The position numbers were made by a program, and so were the translations under genes. 64,000 bases of DNA, from NCBI GenBank assembly GCA_963674705.1, contig OY771506.1, forward strand, positions 2,144,001 through 2,208,000, given 5' to 3'. Source of the stretch: Phycisphaeraceae bacterium (GTDB lineage Bacteria; Planctomycetota; Phycisphaerae; Phycisphaerales; Phycisphaeraceae). How positions within the stretch are numbered: position 1 is the stretch's first letter; each line of letters starts with the position of its first letter. The notes beneath the pieces were generated by a model that saw only the letters and a list, made by a program, of their open reading frames with translations, did no database searches and had not been told where the DNA came from. Positions 28,738-39,122 of this stretch are shown here, one piece after another.

Positions 28738-29547
28738 CTAACTCATATCTGTGTGAGATTTGCGTGTAAATGCGGCTGCGGCAAGGAGTATGATCCATGC
28801 CAGCAGGGCGGCGGTGGCGGTGCTGATGATGTTGTTGATCCAGTCCGTCGGCAGGTAGGGCTGGATGGTGGTGGTCAGCTCCCAGAGGGCTTGGATCGGG
28901 CTGATGCGCATCTGCCAGGACTCGCCATGCCGGGTCATGTCGGTGAAGCCGATCCCGGTCAGCCCCAGCCAGATCGGTTCGCCCAGCAGCAGCAGCAGGC
29001 AAAACAGCATCATACTGATCCTTGCCCAACCGGCCCACAGCATCCTGCCGAGTGCGACAAATGCAGCAATCAACAGCGACCAGGACAGCATTGCCAGGTC
29101 CAGCCAGAGTGTTTGCTGCATTGTCCATTGGCCAACGAGCATCAAGGGCCAGATCACGACCTGCAGGATCGTCGCCAGGCAGAGCCAATCCAGGAAGGTT
29201 GCGCATAGGCAGTTGATGGCGCGCGAACGATGCAGCCTGGATCCGCGGTTCCAAGCCAGTTGTTGACTCAGACGCGCCGCCGGCCAGACGGCCATCATCC
29301 CGAACGCTGCGGAGAAAATCATCCAACGCACCGTGTGAACGCGCGCATCCATCGCCAGTGTGATTGACCATGAAATCAGCAACCAGAAACACCAAAGGAT
29401 GATCAGCGTTCGCAGGCCGAACGGGTCGCTGAGGATGCCATGACGCAGAGCAGACACTGAAGGAACTTTGACTGGAGCAGGCTGCTCAACCGCCGCCGTC
29501 GGCGCCGGCTCGTGCCCCGGATTGGCGATGGATTGAGTATCGGTCAT
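28738..29547 (-). CDS. Hypothetical multi-pass membrane protein
   Basis: About 6 hydrophobic segments in an open frame. Confidence 0.7.
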   Translation of the reverse strand: MTDTQSIANPGHEPAPTAAVEQPAPVKVPSVSALRHGILSDPFGLRTLIILWCFWLLISWSITLAMDARVHTVRWMIFSAAFGMMAVWPAARLSQQLAWNRGSRLHRSRAINCLCATFLDWLCLATILQVVIWPLMLVGQWTMQQTLWLDLAMLSWSLLIAAFVALGRMLWAGWARISMMLFCLLLLLGEPIWLGLTGIGFTDMTRHGESWQMRISPIQALWELTTTIQPYLPTDWINNIISTATAALLAWIILLAAAAFTRKSHTDMS

Positions 29548-29663
29548 GCTCTAAGCACCCTGTCTGCCTTTTAGTATCGCGTATAAGTACACAATAGGCC
29601 CATTAAATGGGCTTCAGTATGTAGTTTAGACGTGTTTAGGCGTCTTGGGGTTCGGTGAAGCGA

Positions 29664-30563
29664 TTATTGCAGACGTTCGCCGGGGACGGGGCCGGAGATG
29701 TCGTAGATAGTTCCGCCGTTACTGAGGGCGGTACGGCCTTCAACGAGGTCTCTGAGCGAGTCAAGCTTGGTCTTGGCGTCGGGTTCGATCGCGTTTTCCT
29801 GGCCCGGCGGCAGGCCCCAATCAATGATGCCATTTGTGGTATGCAAGAACAGCCGCAGTCGTCCACGTTCATCACGCTGACTGACATCACAAGCCTTGAT
29901 ATTGCTGACGTAAGGCTCTTCTGAAAGTAGACGCAGCAGCGACAGGCTGACCTGCACGTCTTCACCGGGCCAGATTTTGCCGGCGCTGGCCGGTGGGGGG
30001 CTGGTGACGCCTTGGATCATCATGAAACCGAGGCGGTTGACTTCGTACCCCTGATAGACACCCGGCAGACACACACCCTCTGCATCTACAAGGTGATAGC
30101 CGTCAGAGCTTTCGACAATGGCTACGGGTTGCCGGTACTGCGCTGAAACCAGAACACGCCCGTCATTCCGTCGTGCGATCTGGATCACATCATGTACCCA
30201 CGGGTCCTCTTTCAAGGCTTTTGCGGCGTCCCGCAGGCTGGAGCCGTCCATCGGATCGGGATTGACCTGGGTGGATACGGTTTGCCGTACCTGGTCCCGG
30301 ATGCCTTCGCTCATCCATGCCGGTGCGTCGACGAGTTCAACCATCTCGATTGTTACGGGACCCTGATGTTTATCTTTGGTGTAGTTCAGCAGATAGCGCT
30401 CGCCATAGCGCCAGCCGATGATGAGCGTGATCGCCAGTGCGAAACCGCCCAGCACCTTGAGGCCGGCCAGCGTCCGCTGCGGGTCCCATGCTTTCTGCTC
30501 GGTCAAGCTCGCTTTACGGCGCGACTTGGGCTTCTTTTTCTTGTTTGACAGGAACCAACCCAT
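29664..30563 (-). CDS. ftsQ: FtsQ/DivIB-like protein
   Basis: Basic cytoplasmic tail, single TM, POTRA-like ALKEDPWVHDV..RR, YRQPVAIV..LVDAEGVCLP, IDWG. Confidence 0.7.
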   Translation of the reverse strand: MGWFLSNKKKKPKSRRKASLTEQKAWDPQRTLAGLKVLGGFALAITLIIGWRYGERYLLNYTKDKHQGPVTIEMVELVDAPAWMSEGIRDQVRQTVSTQVNPDPMDGSSLRDAAKALKEDPWVHDVIQIARRNDGRVLVSAQYRQPVAIVESSDGYHLVDAEGVCLPGVYQGYEVNRLGFMMIQGVTSPPPASAGKIWPGEDVQVSLSLLRLLSEEPYVSNIKACDVSQRDERGRLRLFLHTTNGIIDWGLPPGQENAIEPDAKTKLDSLRDLVEGRTALSNGGTIYDISGPVPGERLQ

Positions 30564-30671
30564 GTACCGATAGCACTCCTTCTCGGATATCGCTCTCCAT
30601 GCTATCGGCAACGTACCGCCTGCCCCGCCAAAACCTGCGGAGCAGGCTCTAAACGCATTTTTGAAAAGTTT

Positions 30672-33600
30672 TTATTGTCGCTTACATCTGACGGCACCAA
30701 TCATCCCTGCCAGTAGCAGCATGATGGTAGTGGGTTCAGGGACGCTGACGTCTACAGCCGGTGGTGTCGGGAACTGGGTGCCGTTGTTCCAGTTGAGCAG
30801 GACCCAGTCCAGGTCATCGAGGCCGACGTAGCCGTCGCCTGACGGATCGCCCGCGAGGTAATCGCCCGGCGTGACGTTCTGATTCCAGTTGTTCAGGACG
30901 ATGTCCAGGTCCGTCAGGCCGATGTAGCCGTCGCCGTTCAGATCGCCGTTGAGCCGAAGGACGGTGATGCGGACGTAGTTGGAACCGTAGTAGATGCTGA
31001 AGCCTTCGCCCGGCCCTGCGGGAAGATTCACGGTGCTGAACGTTCCGGTGAGTGTGCCATTGGTGATTAGCACATCGAAGCAGTCGCCGACGGCTGGCGC
31101 ATATCCGTTGATTAATGAGGCGTTGAGTGTGCCGTCGAGCGTCACATCACCCAGGACGGTGAGTCGGTCGTATTCGTCGCCGGGCAGGAGGCCGCCCAAT
31201 TCGACGCTGAATTGGCCGGTGTTGCCGAACGCGAGCGTGCCGACATTCAGAGTGAGTTCACCCGCCGAATTGCCGGGGGCAATTTCGCCGTCGTTGGTGA
31301 TATTCAACGCCCCGGTATTGCCGACCTGGATCAACCCATCACCGGCAAGGGTGCCGCCAACGTTGTTCGTCACCGCCCCGTCGATACGGACGGTGCTTGC
31401 AAGGTCGGCAAGGATCACGCCGTCGTTCGCGAAGCCATCCACGATGTAGAGGGTCGCTTCGTTGACAGCCTCGAGCGAGCCCGTGTTGGTCAATCCGCGT
31501 GCATCCGTATCGACATTCAACGTTGCTCCCGTCACATCGGCGCGTATCGTGCCGTGGTTGGTGATCTGTGTGCGGCCGATGCCGATGTATCCCCGCCCAT
31601 GGATGAGGTTATCGTTGTTGATGAGGTGGCCAAGCGGGTCGCCACCGATATCGCGGATGTATGCGTTGCTGTTTACCAACTGGAGGGTGCCGCCGCCTGT
31701 GAGAGTCACATCCGTTTCGATCCGCAGGCTGGTCCCCGATAAGCTGGAGTCGATCAGCAGCAGGCTGCCAGGGTTATTGGTGAATGTGCCGGTCAGTTCG
31801 ATGTTGTGGGCGTTGTTGATGCGCAGCAGGCCGTCGAGCGTGACATCGGTGAGTATGGCGGTAGCACCGTTGCCGGTTTCGATGACGCCGTTGCCGACGG
31901 ACACAAGTGTGCCGTCCGTGATGGTCGGTCCGTTGGTGAGTCTTACCGCCGAGTCGACCTGGGCCCGGATGGTCCCCAGCGTATTGTTGAATGTCCCGTC
32001 GTAGAGGTGCAGCAGGCCCTGGTCGCGTGCCTCCAACACGCCGTCATTGATCAAGCCGCCATCGCCCGGATCGATCACCAGGCCGGCGCCGGCGACGTCG
32101 GCGCGGATCGTTCCGTGGTTGGTGATCTGTGTGCGGTTGTTCCCGATGTAACCTTGCCCATGGATGAGGTTATCGTTGTTGATCAGGTGTCCGAAAGGAT
32201 CACCGTCGATATCGCGGATGTAAGCGTTGCTGTTCGCCATTTGGATCGTGCCGCCGCCGGCGAGAGTCACGGCCGTCTCGATCTGCAGGCTGGTGCCCGA
32301 CAAGCTGGAATTGATCAGCAGCACGCTGGCGGGGTTGTTGGTGAATGTGCCGGTCAGTTCAAGGTTGTGAGCGTTGTTGATACGCAGCAAGCCGTCCAGC
32401 GTGACGTTGGTGAGGGTGCCGCCATTGCCGTTACCGGTTTCGATGGCCCCCGTGCCGGAGGTCTGGAGCGTGCCGTCGCTGATGACGGGGTTGCTGATGA
32501 GTTGCACCAGCGAGACGTCGGCCGCATGAACTGTGCCGTTGAGATTGTTGTAAGCGCCGTCGATGAGCCGAAGGATGCCTCCCCCGACCGCTTCCATCAC
32601 ACCGGTGTTGGTCAATCCCCCGGCACCGGGATCGATCGTCAGGCTTGCGCTGTCGACGTCGGCGCGGATCGTCCCGTTGTTGGTGATCTGCATACGGTTG
32701 GCGCCGATCGCGCCTTGGCCGTGGATCAGGTTGTTCTGGTTGATCAGGTGTCCGGTGTCGGCCAGGCCGACCTCGTCGACAATTCGCGCGTTGCTGCCGG
32801 ACAACTGGACCGTGCCGCCGCCGATGAGGGTGACGGGGGTTTCGATCAGCAGGTCGGTTGTCGAGAGCGAGGCGTTGACCCGTATGACGCTGGCGGGATT
32901 GTTGGTGATGGTGCCAGTCAGTTCGATGTTGTCGCTGTTGTTGACGCGCAGCAGGCCATCGAGCGTGATGTCGGACAGGGTGGCGATGGTGGCGTTGCCG
33001 GATTCGATGACACCGGTGCCGACGGTCTGGAGCGTGCCGTTGCTGATGGCGGGGCCGCTGTAGAACTTCACAGCGGAGTCGGCCTGGGCGCGGATCACGC
33101 CGCCGAGGTTGTCGTAGTCACCCGTCCAAAGCCGAAGCACACCCTGGTTGCTCGCTTCCATGAGGCTGTCGTTGGTAACGCCAGCAACACCCGGATCGAT
33201 CTCGAGTATGCCGCCGGTGACGTCAGCGCGGATCGTCCCGTGGTTGGTGATCTGGGTGCGGTTGACACCGATCGAGCCCTGGCCGTGGATCAGGTTGTCA
33301 ACGTTGATCAGGTGTCCGGTATCGGCCAGGCCGGCCTCGTCGGTAATTCGCGCGTTGCCGCCGGACAACTGGACCGTGCCGCCGCCGGTGAGGGTGACGG
33401 GGGTTTCGATCAGCAGGTCCGTTGTCGAGAGAGTGGCATTGACCAGTATGACGCTGGCGGGATTGTTGATGATGGTGCCTGTCAGCTCGATGTTGTCGCT
33501 GTTGTTGATGCGCAGGTTGCCGTCAATCGTGACGTCGGTGAGGGTGGTGGTGGTGGCGTTGGCGGATTCGATGACGCCGTTGCCGACCGTCTGTAGCGTG

Positions 33601-34904
33601 CCGTTGCTGATGTCGGGGCCGTTGAAGAGTTGCACGGCGGAGTCGGCCTGGGCGCGGATCACGCCGCCGAGGTTGTTGTAGGCGCCCGCCTCAAGCCGGA
33701 GCACGCCCTGGTTGCTCGCCTCCATCAGGCTGTCGTTGGTGACGCCACCGGCGTTGGGATCGATTATGAGTATGCCGCCGCTGACGTCGGCGCGGATGGT
33801 GCCATGGTTGGTGATCTGCGTGCGATCAACGCCGATCTGGCCCAAGCCGTGGATCAGGTTGTCTTGATTGATCAGGTGCCCCAGCGGGTCGCCGATCCCG
33901 TCGTAGATCCCGGAATTGCCGTTCGCCAGCCTTACCGATCCGCCGCCGGTGAGCGTCACATCGGATTCGATCCGGAGGGTCGTGGCGGTCAGGCTGGCGT
34001 TGATCAGCAGTTCGCTGCCGGCTTGATTGGTGAACGTGCCTGTCAGTTCGATGTTGTCGCTGTTGTTGATGCGCAGCAGGCCGTCGAGTGTGACATCGGT
34101 CAGCGTGGTGACGTTTGCGTTGCCGGTCTCGATCACGCCCGTGCCGATGGATTCGAGTGTGCCGTTGGTGATCGTTGGGGATGAAGCCAACTGCACGGAA
34201 GAACCGTTCTGTGCGCGGATCGTTCCACCGGTATTGCTGTAGATGCCGGACAACAGCCTTAAGATGCCTCCGCTGTCGGCTTCCAGCAATCCGTCGTTGA
34301 CCATGCCGCCCACGCCGGGGTCGATATCCAGCACGGCGGCGTTGACGTCGGCGCGGATCGTTCCGTGGTTGGTGATCTGTGTCCTGTCCAGGCCGATGCC
34401 GCCCCGGCCGTGGATCAGGTTGTCGTTATTAATCAGGTGGCCGTCGTCGACACCCGTTACGTCATAGATGCGGGCATTCGCATTGACCAGCTCGATCGTC
34501 CCGCCACCGTCGAGACTCACGGCCGACTCGATTCTGATCGCGGTCGAGGTAAGCGTCGATTCGATTCTCAACAGCCCGGCATTGTCAATCTGTGTGCCCA
34601 GTTCCAGATACTGCGCGTTACTGATACGGAGTATATCTTCATCCCCGATCGTGAGTGTGTTGACGACGCGCCCCGTCGAGAGCACAACATCGAACGGGCT
34701 GAGCGGCGCGCCGTCTATCACCGCGTCATAAGTCGCGCCGCTGGGTTCGCCGTTATCCCAGTTCAACGAGTCGGTCCAGGTCGTTCCGTCACCCAGGCCG
34801 GTGAAGTTGGTTACCTGGCCATGTACGGCTGATGTCGAGACTAAAGACACAACCGCTGCACACACACCAAAACGCATTCCCACGTTATTAACGCTGAACA
34901 TCAT
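30672..34904 (-). CDS. Giant repeat-rich PEP-CTERM surface protein (beta-helix/adhesin-like), 6 core repeats
   Basis: Signal peptide; GHLINxDNLIHGxGxIGxxRTQITNHGTIRADV every 187-188 aa; dockerin-like pair; VPEPTT-TM-RCKRQ. Confidence 0.88.
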   Translation of the reverse strand: MMFSVNNVGMRFGVCAAVVSLVSTSAVHGQVTNFTGLGDGTTWTDSLNWDNGEPSGATYDAVIDGAPLSPFDVVLSTGRVVNTLTIGDEDILRISNAQYLELGTQIDNAGLLRIESTLTSTAIRIESAVSLDGGGTIELVNANARIYDVTGVDDGHLINNDNLIHGRGGIGLDRTQITNHGTIRADVNAAVLDIDPGVGGMVNDGLLEADSGGILRLLSGIYSNTGGTIRAQNGSSVQLASSPTITNGTLESIGTGVIETGNANVTTLTDVTLDGLLRINNSDNIELTGTFTNQAGSELLINASLTATTLRIESDVTLTGGGSVRLANGNSGIYDGIGDPLGHLINQDNLIHGLGQIGVDRTQITNHGTIRADVSGGILIIDPNAGGVTNDSLMEASNQGVLRLEAGAYNNLGGVIRAQADSAVQLFNGPDISNGTLQTVGNGVIESANATTTTLTDVTIDGNLRINNSDNIELTGTIINNPASVILVNATLSTTDLLIETPVTLTGGGTVQLSGGNARITDEAGLADTGHLINVDNLIHGQGSIGVNRTQITNHGTIRADVTGGILEIDPGVAGVTNDSLMEASNQGVLRLWTGDYDNLGGVIRAQADSAVKFYSGPAISNGTLQTVGTGVIESGNATIATLSDITLDGLLRVNNSDNIELTGTITNNPASVIRVNASLSTTDLLIETPVTLIGGGTVQLSGSNARIVDEVGLADTGHLINQNNLIHGQGAIGANRMQITNNGTIRADVDSASLTIDPGAGGLTNTGVMEAVGGGILRLIDGAYNNLNGTVHAADVSLVQLISNPVISDGTLQTSGTGAIETGNGNGGTLTNVTLDGLLRINNAHNLELTGTFTNNPASVLLINSSLSGTSLQIETAVTLAGGGTIQMANSNAYIRDIDGDPFGHLINNDNLIHGQGYIGNNRTQITNHGTIRADVAGAGLVIDPGDGGLINDGVLEARDQGLLHLYDGTFNNTLGTIRAQVDSAVRLTNGPTITDGTLVSVGNGVIETGNGATAILTDVTLDGLLRINNAHNIELTGTFTNNPGSLLLIDSSLSGTSLRIETDVTLTGGGTLQLVNSNAYIRDIGGDPLGHLINNDNLIHGRGYIGIGRTQITNHGTIRADVTGATLNVDTDARGLTNTGSLEAVNEATLYIVDGFANDGVILADLASTVRIDGAVTNNVGGTLAGDGLIQVGNTGALNITNDGEIAPGNSAGELTLNVGTLAFGNTGQFSVELGGLLPGDEYDRLTVLGDVTLDGTLNASLINGYAPAVGDCFDVLITNGTLTGTFSTVNLPAGPGEGFSIYYGSNYVRITVLRLNGDLNGDGYIGLTDLDIVLNNWNQNVTPGDYLAGDPSGDGYVGLDDLDWVLLNWNNGTQFPTPPAVDVSVPEPTTIMLLLAGMIGAVRCKRQ

Positions 34905-35206
34905 CGTCCTCCTAATTGGTAGTAGCTAGCATGAAGTGAAAAGAAACCTCCCCCAAGATTAATATAAAGACATAATTGGGCTTTGCATGCTACTCGTCTT
35001 TATATTATGAATCAAGATAAATTGTTACCGGGGTGCCGGCGTGTAATGCCTTCGCGCAGACGGGGCGCGCCTGCTTTAGCAAGGTATTGTCAGGGTTGAC
35101 AAGCTTTCTGCTTGTTTGACGTTTACTTTTATATTTTAAATTAGTTTTAATTTAGAACCGTCAGATCGGTGGGCGTGGCAATCTGACTGCGCCCTATACA
35201 AAGAAA

Positions 35207-35244
35207 CGCAGCGCAAACGCTGTTATATCAGCATTTGCGCTGCG
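35207..35244 (-). terminator. Terminator-like hairpin between the two giant genes
   Basis: CGCAGCGCAAACGCTG...CAGCATTTGCGCTGCG, TTTCTTT tail on the minus strand. Confidence 0.65.
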
Positions 35245-35283
35245 ATGTTCGTCATAAGTTTGTGACTGCTATTGAAGCGTTAA

Positions 35284-38200
35284 CTAAGCCCTTCTTCTGC
35301 CCGTGACCAAGCCCGCGCCGAGCAGCGTGAGGATCAGCGTGGTCGGCTCGGGCACCGCGGCGCCTGCTGCCGGCGGGGTCGGCGCGGAGGGCAGCGGCGT
35401 CCCGCCGTTCCAGTTGCCGAGGATCAGGTCCAGGTCGTCCAGGCCGACGAAGCCATCGCCGGTCGGATCGCCGGACAGCGGATCCCCCGCGGGGACGTTC
35501 TGGTTCCAGTTGCCCAGGACGATATCCAGGTCGTCGAGGCCGACGAAGCCGTCACCGTTCAGATCGCCCGTGATCCTGAGGACGGTGAGTCGGACGAAGT
35601 TGGAGCCGTAGAAGATACCGAAGCCTTCACCGGGGCCTGCGGGGAGGTTGACGGTGTCGAACGAACCGCTGACCGAACCGCTTGCCAGAAGGATATCGAA
35701 CGTATCGCCGATCGAGGGCGAGAAGCCGCCGAGGATGGAGGCGTCGAGCGTGCCGGAGAGCACGACATCACCGAACACTGTGAGCCGGTCGTAATCCGTG
35801 CCCGCTGCAAGCCCGCCGATCTCAGCGGTCAAGGAACCGGTGGCGCCGAACGTAATCGTGCCCGCATCGATGGCTAACTCGCCGGCAGATGCGCCGGGTG
35901 AGATTTCGCCGTCATTGAGGATGTCGGCCGAGCCCGTGTTATTCATCTGGATGAAACCATTGCCCGAGATTGAACCGCCGGCGTTGTTGGTGAGTGTGCC
36001 GTCGATACGCACGGTGCTGTCTGTGGCAACTTCGATATCGCCGTCATTGGTAAAGCCATCCTGGATGTGCAGTGTGGCGGTGTCGATCGCTCTCAAGGTG
36101 CCGGTATTTGCCAGGCCGCGAGCGTCGACGTCGAGGGTGAGAGTCTGTCCCGAGACATCCGCGGCGATGGTTCCGCCGTTGGTGATCTGTGTGCGGTTGT
36201 AGCCGATGTAGCCCCGGCCATGGATCAGGTTGTCCATGTTGTTCAGATGGCCATCGATCACACCGGATTCATCGAGGATGCGTGATCCGCCGGCGATCAG
36301 TTCGATGGTGCCGCCGCCGGTCAGTGTGACTTCACTCTCGATCAGCAGGTCGGTAGTCGATACCGTGCTGCCGACGGTGATCAGGCTGGCTGCGTTGTTG
36401 GTGACGGTGCCGCGCAGTTCGATGTTGTCGGCGTTGTCAATCAGGACATGGCCGTTGATGGTCACGCCGTCAAGCACGGCGATCGTGGCGTTTGCGGTCT
36501 CAAAACGCCCGGTGCCGATGCTTTGTAGCGTACCGGCGGTGATCACGGGCCCATTGATAAACTTCACGAGCGAATCCACATCGGCGCGGATGGTGCCGCC
36601 GGTGTTGTCGTAGGTGCCGCTATTCATCAGGATGGTTGCGCCGTTGGTGGCATTGACCAGCCCCGTGTTAATCATGCCGCCGGCTCCGGGGTCGAGTTCC
36701 AGAGTCTGGTCGGTGATGTCCGCACGGATCTCACTCTGATTGGTGATCTTTGTGCGGTCATAGCCGATGTTGCCGCGTCCATGGATGAGCATGTCCGTGT
36801 TGGTCAGGTGCCCGTCAATCGAACCGGACTCATCCAGGATACGTGCGCTGGGGCCGACCATTTCGATGGTGCCGCCGCCGGTCAGTGTCACCGGTCCCTC
36901 GATCAACAGATCGGTTGCGGAGACCGTGCTGTTGATCCGAACGATGCTGGACGGATTGGTCGTGAGGGTTCCGATGAGTTCAATATTGTCTGCGTTCTCG
37001 ATCTGCACGACGCCGTCGAGTGTGACATCAGTGAGTGTCGCGATGGTTGGGTTACCGGTATGGATCAGGCCGTTGCCGATGGTTTGCAGCGTGCCGTTGG
37101 TGATGCTCGGCCCGCTGAGGAGCTCAACGGTCGAGTCGGCAGCCGCGCGGATCGTGCCGTTGGTGTTGTCGAAGTTCCCGTTGTTGAGTTGAAGGTTCGC
37201 GGTGTTGGTCGCTTCCATCAGCCCATCGTTGACAACATCGCTAAGCGGGTCGACCACAAGGGTCTGGCCGGCGATGTCAGCGCGGATCGTGCTGTGGTTG
37301 GTGATTTGTGTCCGGTTGTTTCCGATATAGCCGCGGCCGTGGATCAGGAAGTCGTTGTTGACCAGGTGACCGTCTGTGGTGAATGATTCGTCCAGGATAC
37401 GGGGCAAGGAACCGACCATTTCGATGGTGCCACCGCCGGTCAGGTTGACGAGCCCTTCGATCAACAGGTCGGTGCTGGATACGCTGCTGTTGATGCGGAT
37501 GATGCTCGAAGGTGTTGCGGTAAGTGTCCCGATCAGTTCGATATTGTCAGCGTTTTCGATCTGTACTAAACCATCGAGCGAAACATCGGTCAGCGCCGAT
37601 AATGTGGCGGTGGCGGTCTTGATGACGCCGGTCCCCACGGTTTGGAGCGAGCCGTTGGTGATCGCCGGGCCGGCATAGAGTTCGACGGTGGAGCCGTCCT
37701 GCGCCCGGATGGTGCCGTTGGTATTGTCGAAGTTGCCCGTATTTAGCCGGAGCGTCGCGGCGTTGTCGGCTTCGAGCAGGCCGTCATTCGACACGCCGTC
37801 GCCATCCGGATCAATATCCAATATGGCACCGCTGATGTCCGCCCGGATCGTGCTGTGATTGGTGATCTGGGTGCGGTTTGCGCCGATCTGTCCTCGACCG
37901 TGGATCAGCAAGTCGTTATTGATCAGGTGCCCGTCCGTGGCGCCTGATTCATCGAATATTCTCGCGGCGGAGCCGCTCATGCTGATGGTGCCGCCGCCGG
38001 TGAGATTGACGGCCGTCTCGATGACCAAATCCGTAGCCGAAACCGTACTGTCGATCAGGACTTCGCTGCCGGGGGTTGTGGTGAGTGTGCCGATCAATTC
38101 GATGTTGTCGCCGTTGTTGATACGGATGTTGCCGTCCAGCGAGACGTCGGTGAGAGTGGCGAGTGTCGCGTTGCCGGTTTCGATGATGCCGGTGCCGGTG

Positions 38201-38952
38201 GTTTCGAGCGAGCCGCCGGTGATCGCCGGGCCGGCATAGAGTTCGACGATGGCGTCATTCGCTACACGAATAACGCCACCGGTGTTGGTGTAGTTACCAC
38301 TGTCAAGTCTTAATGTGCTGTTTTGGTTGGATTCGAGCACGCCGTCATTGGTCATCCCGCCTGGGCCGGGATCGATCGTAAGCATGCCGCCGACCACGCT
38401 TGCCTGGATTGTGCCGTGGTTGGTCAGAATCGTGCGGTTAATGCCGATGAAGCCCTGGCCGAGGATCGAACTGCCGGTGTCGATGGTCAGGTGCCCGGTG
38501 TCGACGGTGCCTGACACATCGGCGATCCGAGCGTTGCCACCTTCCATCATGATGGTTCCGCCGCCGGTCAGTGTGACGGGCGTTTCGATCCGCAGGCCTG
38601 TAGGTGAGATTGTGGAAGTGAGTCGGATGGTTCCGTCGTTATTGATCTGGGTGCCGACCTCCAGTTCGTCTGCGTTGAGGATGCGTAGTATGTCTTCGTT
38701 GCCGACGGTGAGGTTGTTCACGAGGCGGTAAGCGGACAGTTCGACATCGAAGGGGCTGCCCGCGGCACCGTCTATGACCGCATCGAACGTGAGGCCGTTG
38801 GGATCGCCCGCATCCCAGTTCAAGGAATCGATCCAGCTTGTCCCGTTACCGCTGCCTGTAAAGTTACTGACTTGCGCGTTTGCCGGAACACCGATCGCGA
38901 TGGCTGTTAACAGACACAGTGACAGCTCCAAGCAATGAGCCTTTTTCGACAT
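35284..38952 (-). CDS. Paralogous giant PEP-CTERM surface protein, 5 core repeats
   Basis: Same N-terminus (QVSNFTG), repeat and C-terminal architecture as 30672-34904; VPEPTT-TM-RRRA. Confidence 0.88.
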   Translation of the reverse strand: MSKKAHCLELSLCLLTAIAIGVPANAQVSNFTGSGNGTSWIDSLNWDAGDPNGLTFDAVIDGAAGSPFDVELSAYRLVNNLTVGNEDILRILNADELEVGTQINNDGTIRLTSTISPTGLRIETPVTLTGGGTIMMEGGNARIADVSGTVDTGHLTIDTGSSILGQGFIGINRTILTNHGTIQASVVGGMLTIDPGPGGMTNDGVLESNQNSTLRLDSGNYTNTGGVIRVANDAIVELYAGPAITGGSLETTGTGIIETGNATLATLTDVSLDGNIRINNGDNIELIGTLTTTPGSEVLIDSTVSATDLVIETAVNLTGGGTISMSGSAARIFDESGATDGHLINNDLLIHGRGQIGANRTQITNHSTIRADISGAILDIDPDGDGVSNDGLLEADNAATLRLNTGNFDNTNGTIRAQDGSTVELYAGPAITNGSLQTVGTGVIKTATATLSALTDVSLDGLVQIENADNIELIGTLTATPSSIIRINSSVSSTDLLIEGLVNLTGGGTIEMVGSLPRILDESFTTDGHLVNNDFLIHGRGYIGNNRTQITNHSTIRADIAGQTLVVDPLSDVVNDGLMEATNTANLQLNNGNFDNTNGTIRAAADSTVELLSGPSITNGTLQTIGNGLIHTGNPTIATLTDVTLDGVVQIENADNIELIGTLTTNPSSIVRINSTVSATDLLIEGPVTLTGGGTIEMVGPSARILDESGSIDGHLTNTDMLIHGRGNIGYDRTKITNQSEIRADITDQTLELDPGAGGMINTGLVNATNGATILMNSGTYDNTGGTIRADVDSLVKFINGPVITAGTLQSIGTGRFETANATIAVLDGVTINGHVLIDNADNIELRGTVTNNAASLITVGSTVSTTDLLIESEVTLTGGGTIELIAGGSRILDESGVIDGHLNNMDNLIHGRGYIGYNRTQITNGGTIAADVSGQTLTLDVDARGLANTGTLRAIDTATLHIQDGFTNDGDIEVATDSTVRIDGTLTNNAGGSISGNGFIQMNNTGSADILNDGEISPGASAGELAIDAGTITFGATGSLTAEIGGLAAGTDYDRLTVFGDVVLSGTLDASILGGFSPSIGDTFDILLASGSVSGSFDTVNLPAGPGEGFGIFYGSNFVRLTVLRITGDLNGDGFVGLDDLDIVLGNWNQNVPAGDPLSGDPTGDGFVGLDDLDLILGNWNGGTPLPSAPTPPAAGAAVPEPTTLILTLLGAGLVTGRRRA

Positions 38953-39122
38953 GACCGGAATCCTCCCATAAGAAGTAACGTGAAGAATAAAAGACTTCGG
39001 AAATTAGATAGATATAACGTGCAGCACCGCCCGGGCTACATTTGTGTGGCCAGACTATATGCCTGAACACATGAATGCAAGCAAGAATTTGGTTATTTAT
39101 ATTAAGATATGATGGTGTTGGA

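Noticed and set aside
31806..33596. 596-aa plus-strand ORF
   Set aside because: Antisense shadow of the repetitive high-GC PEP-CTERM gene.
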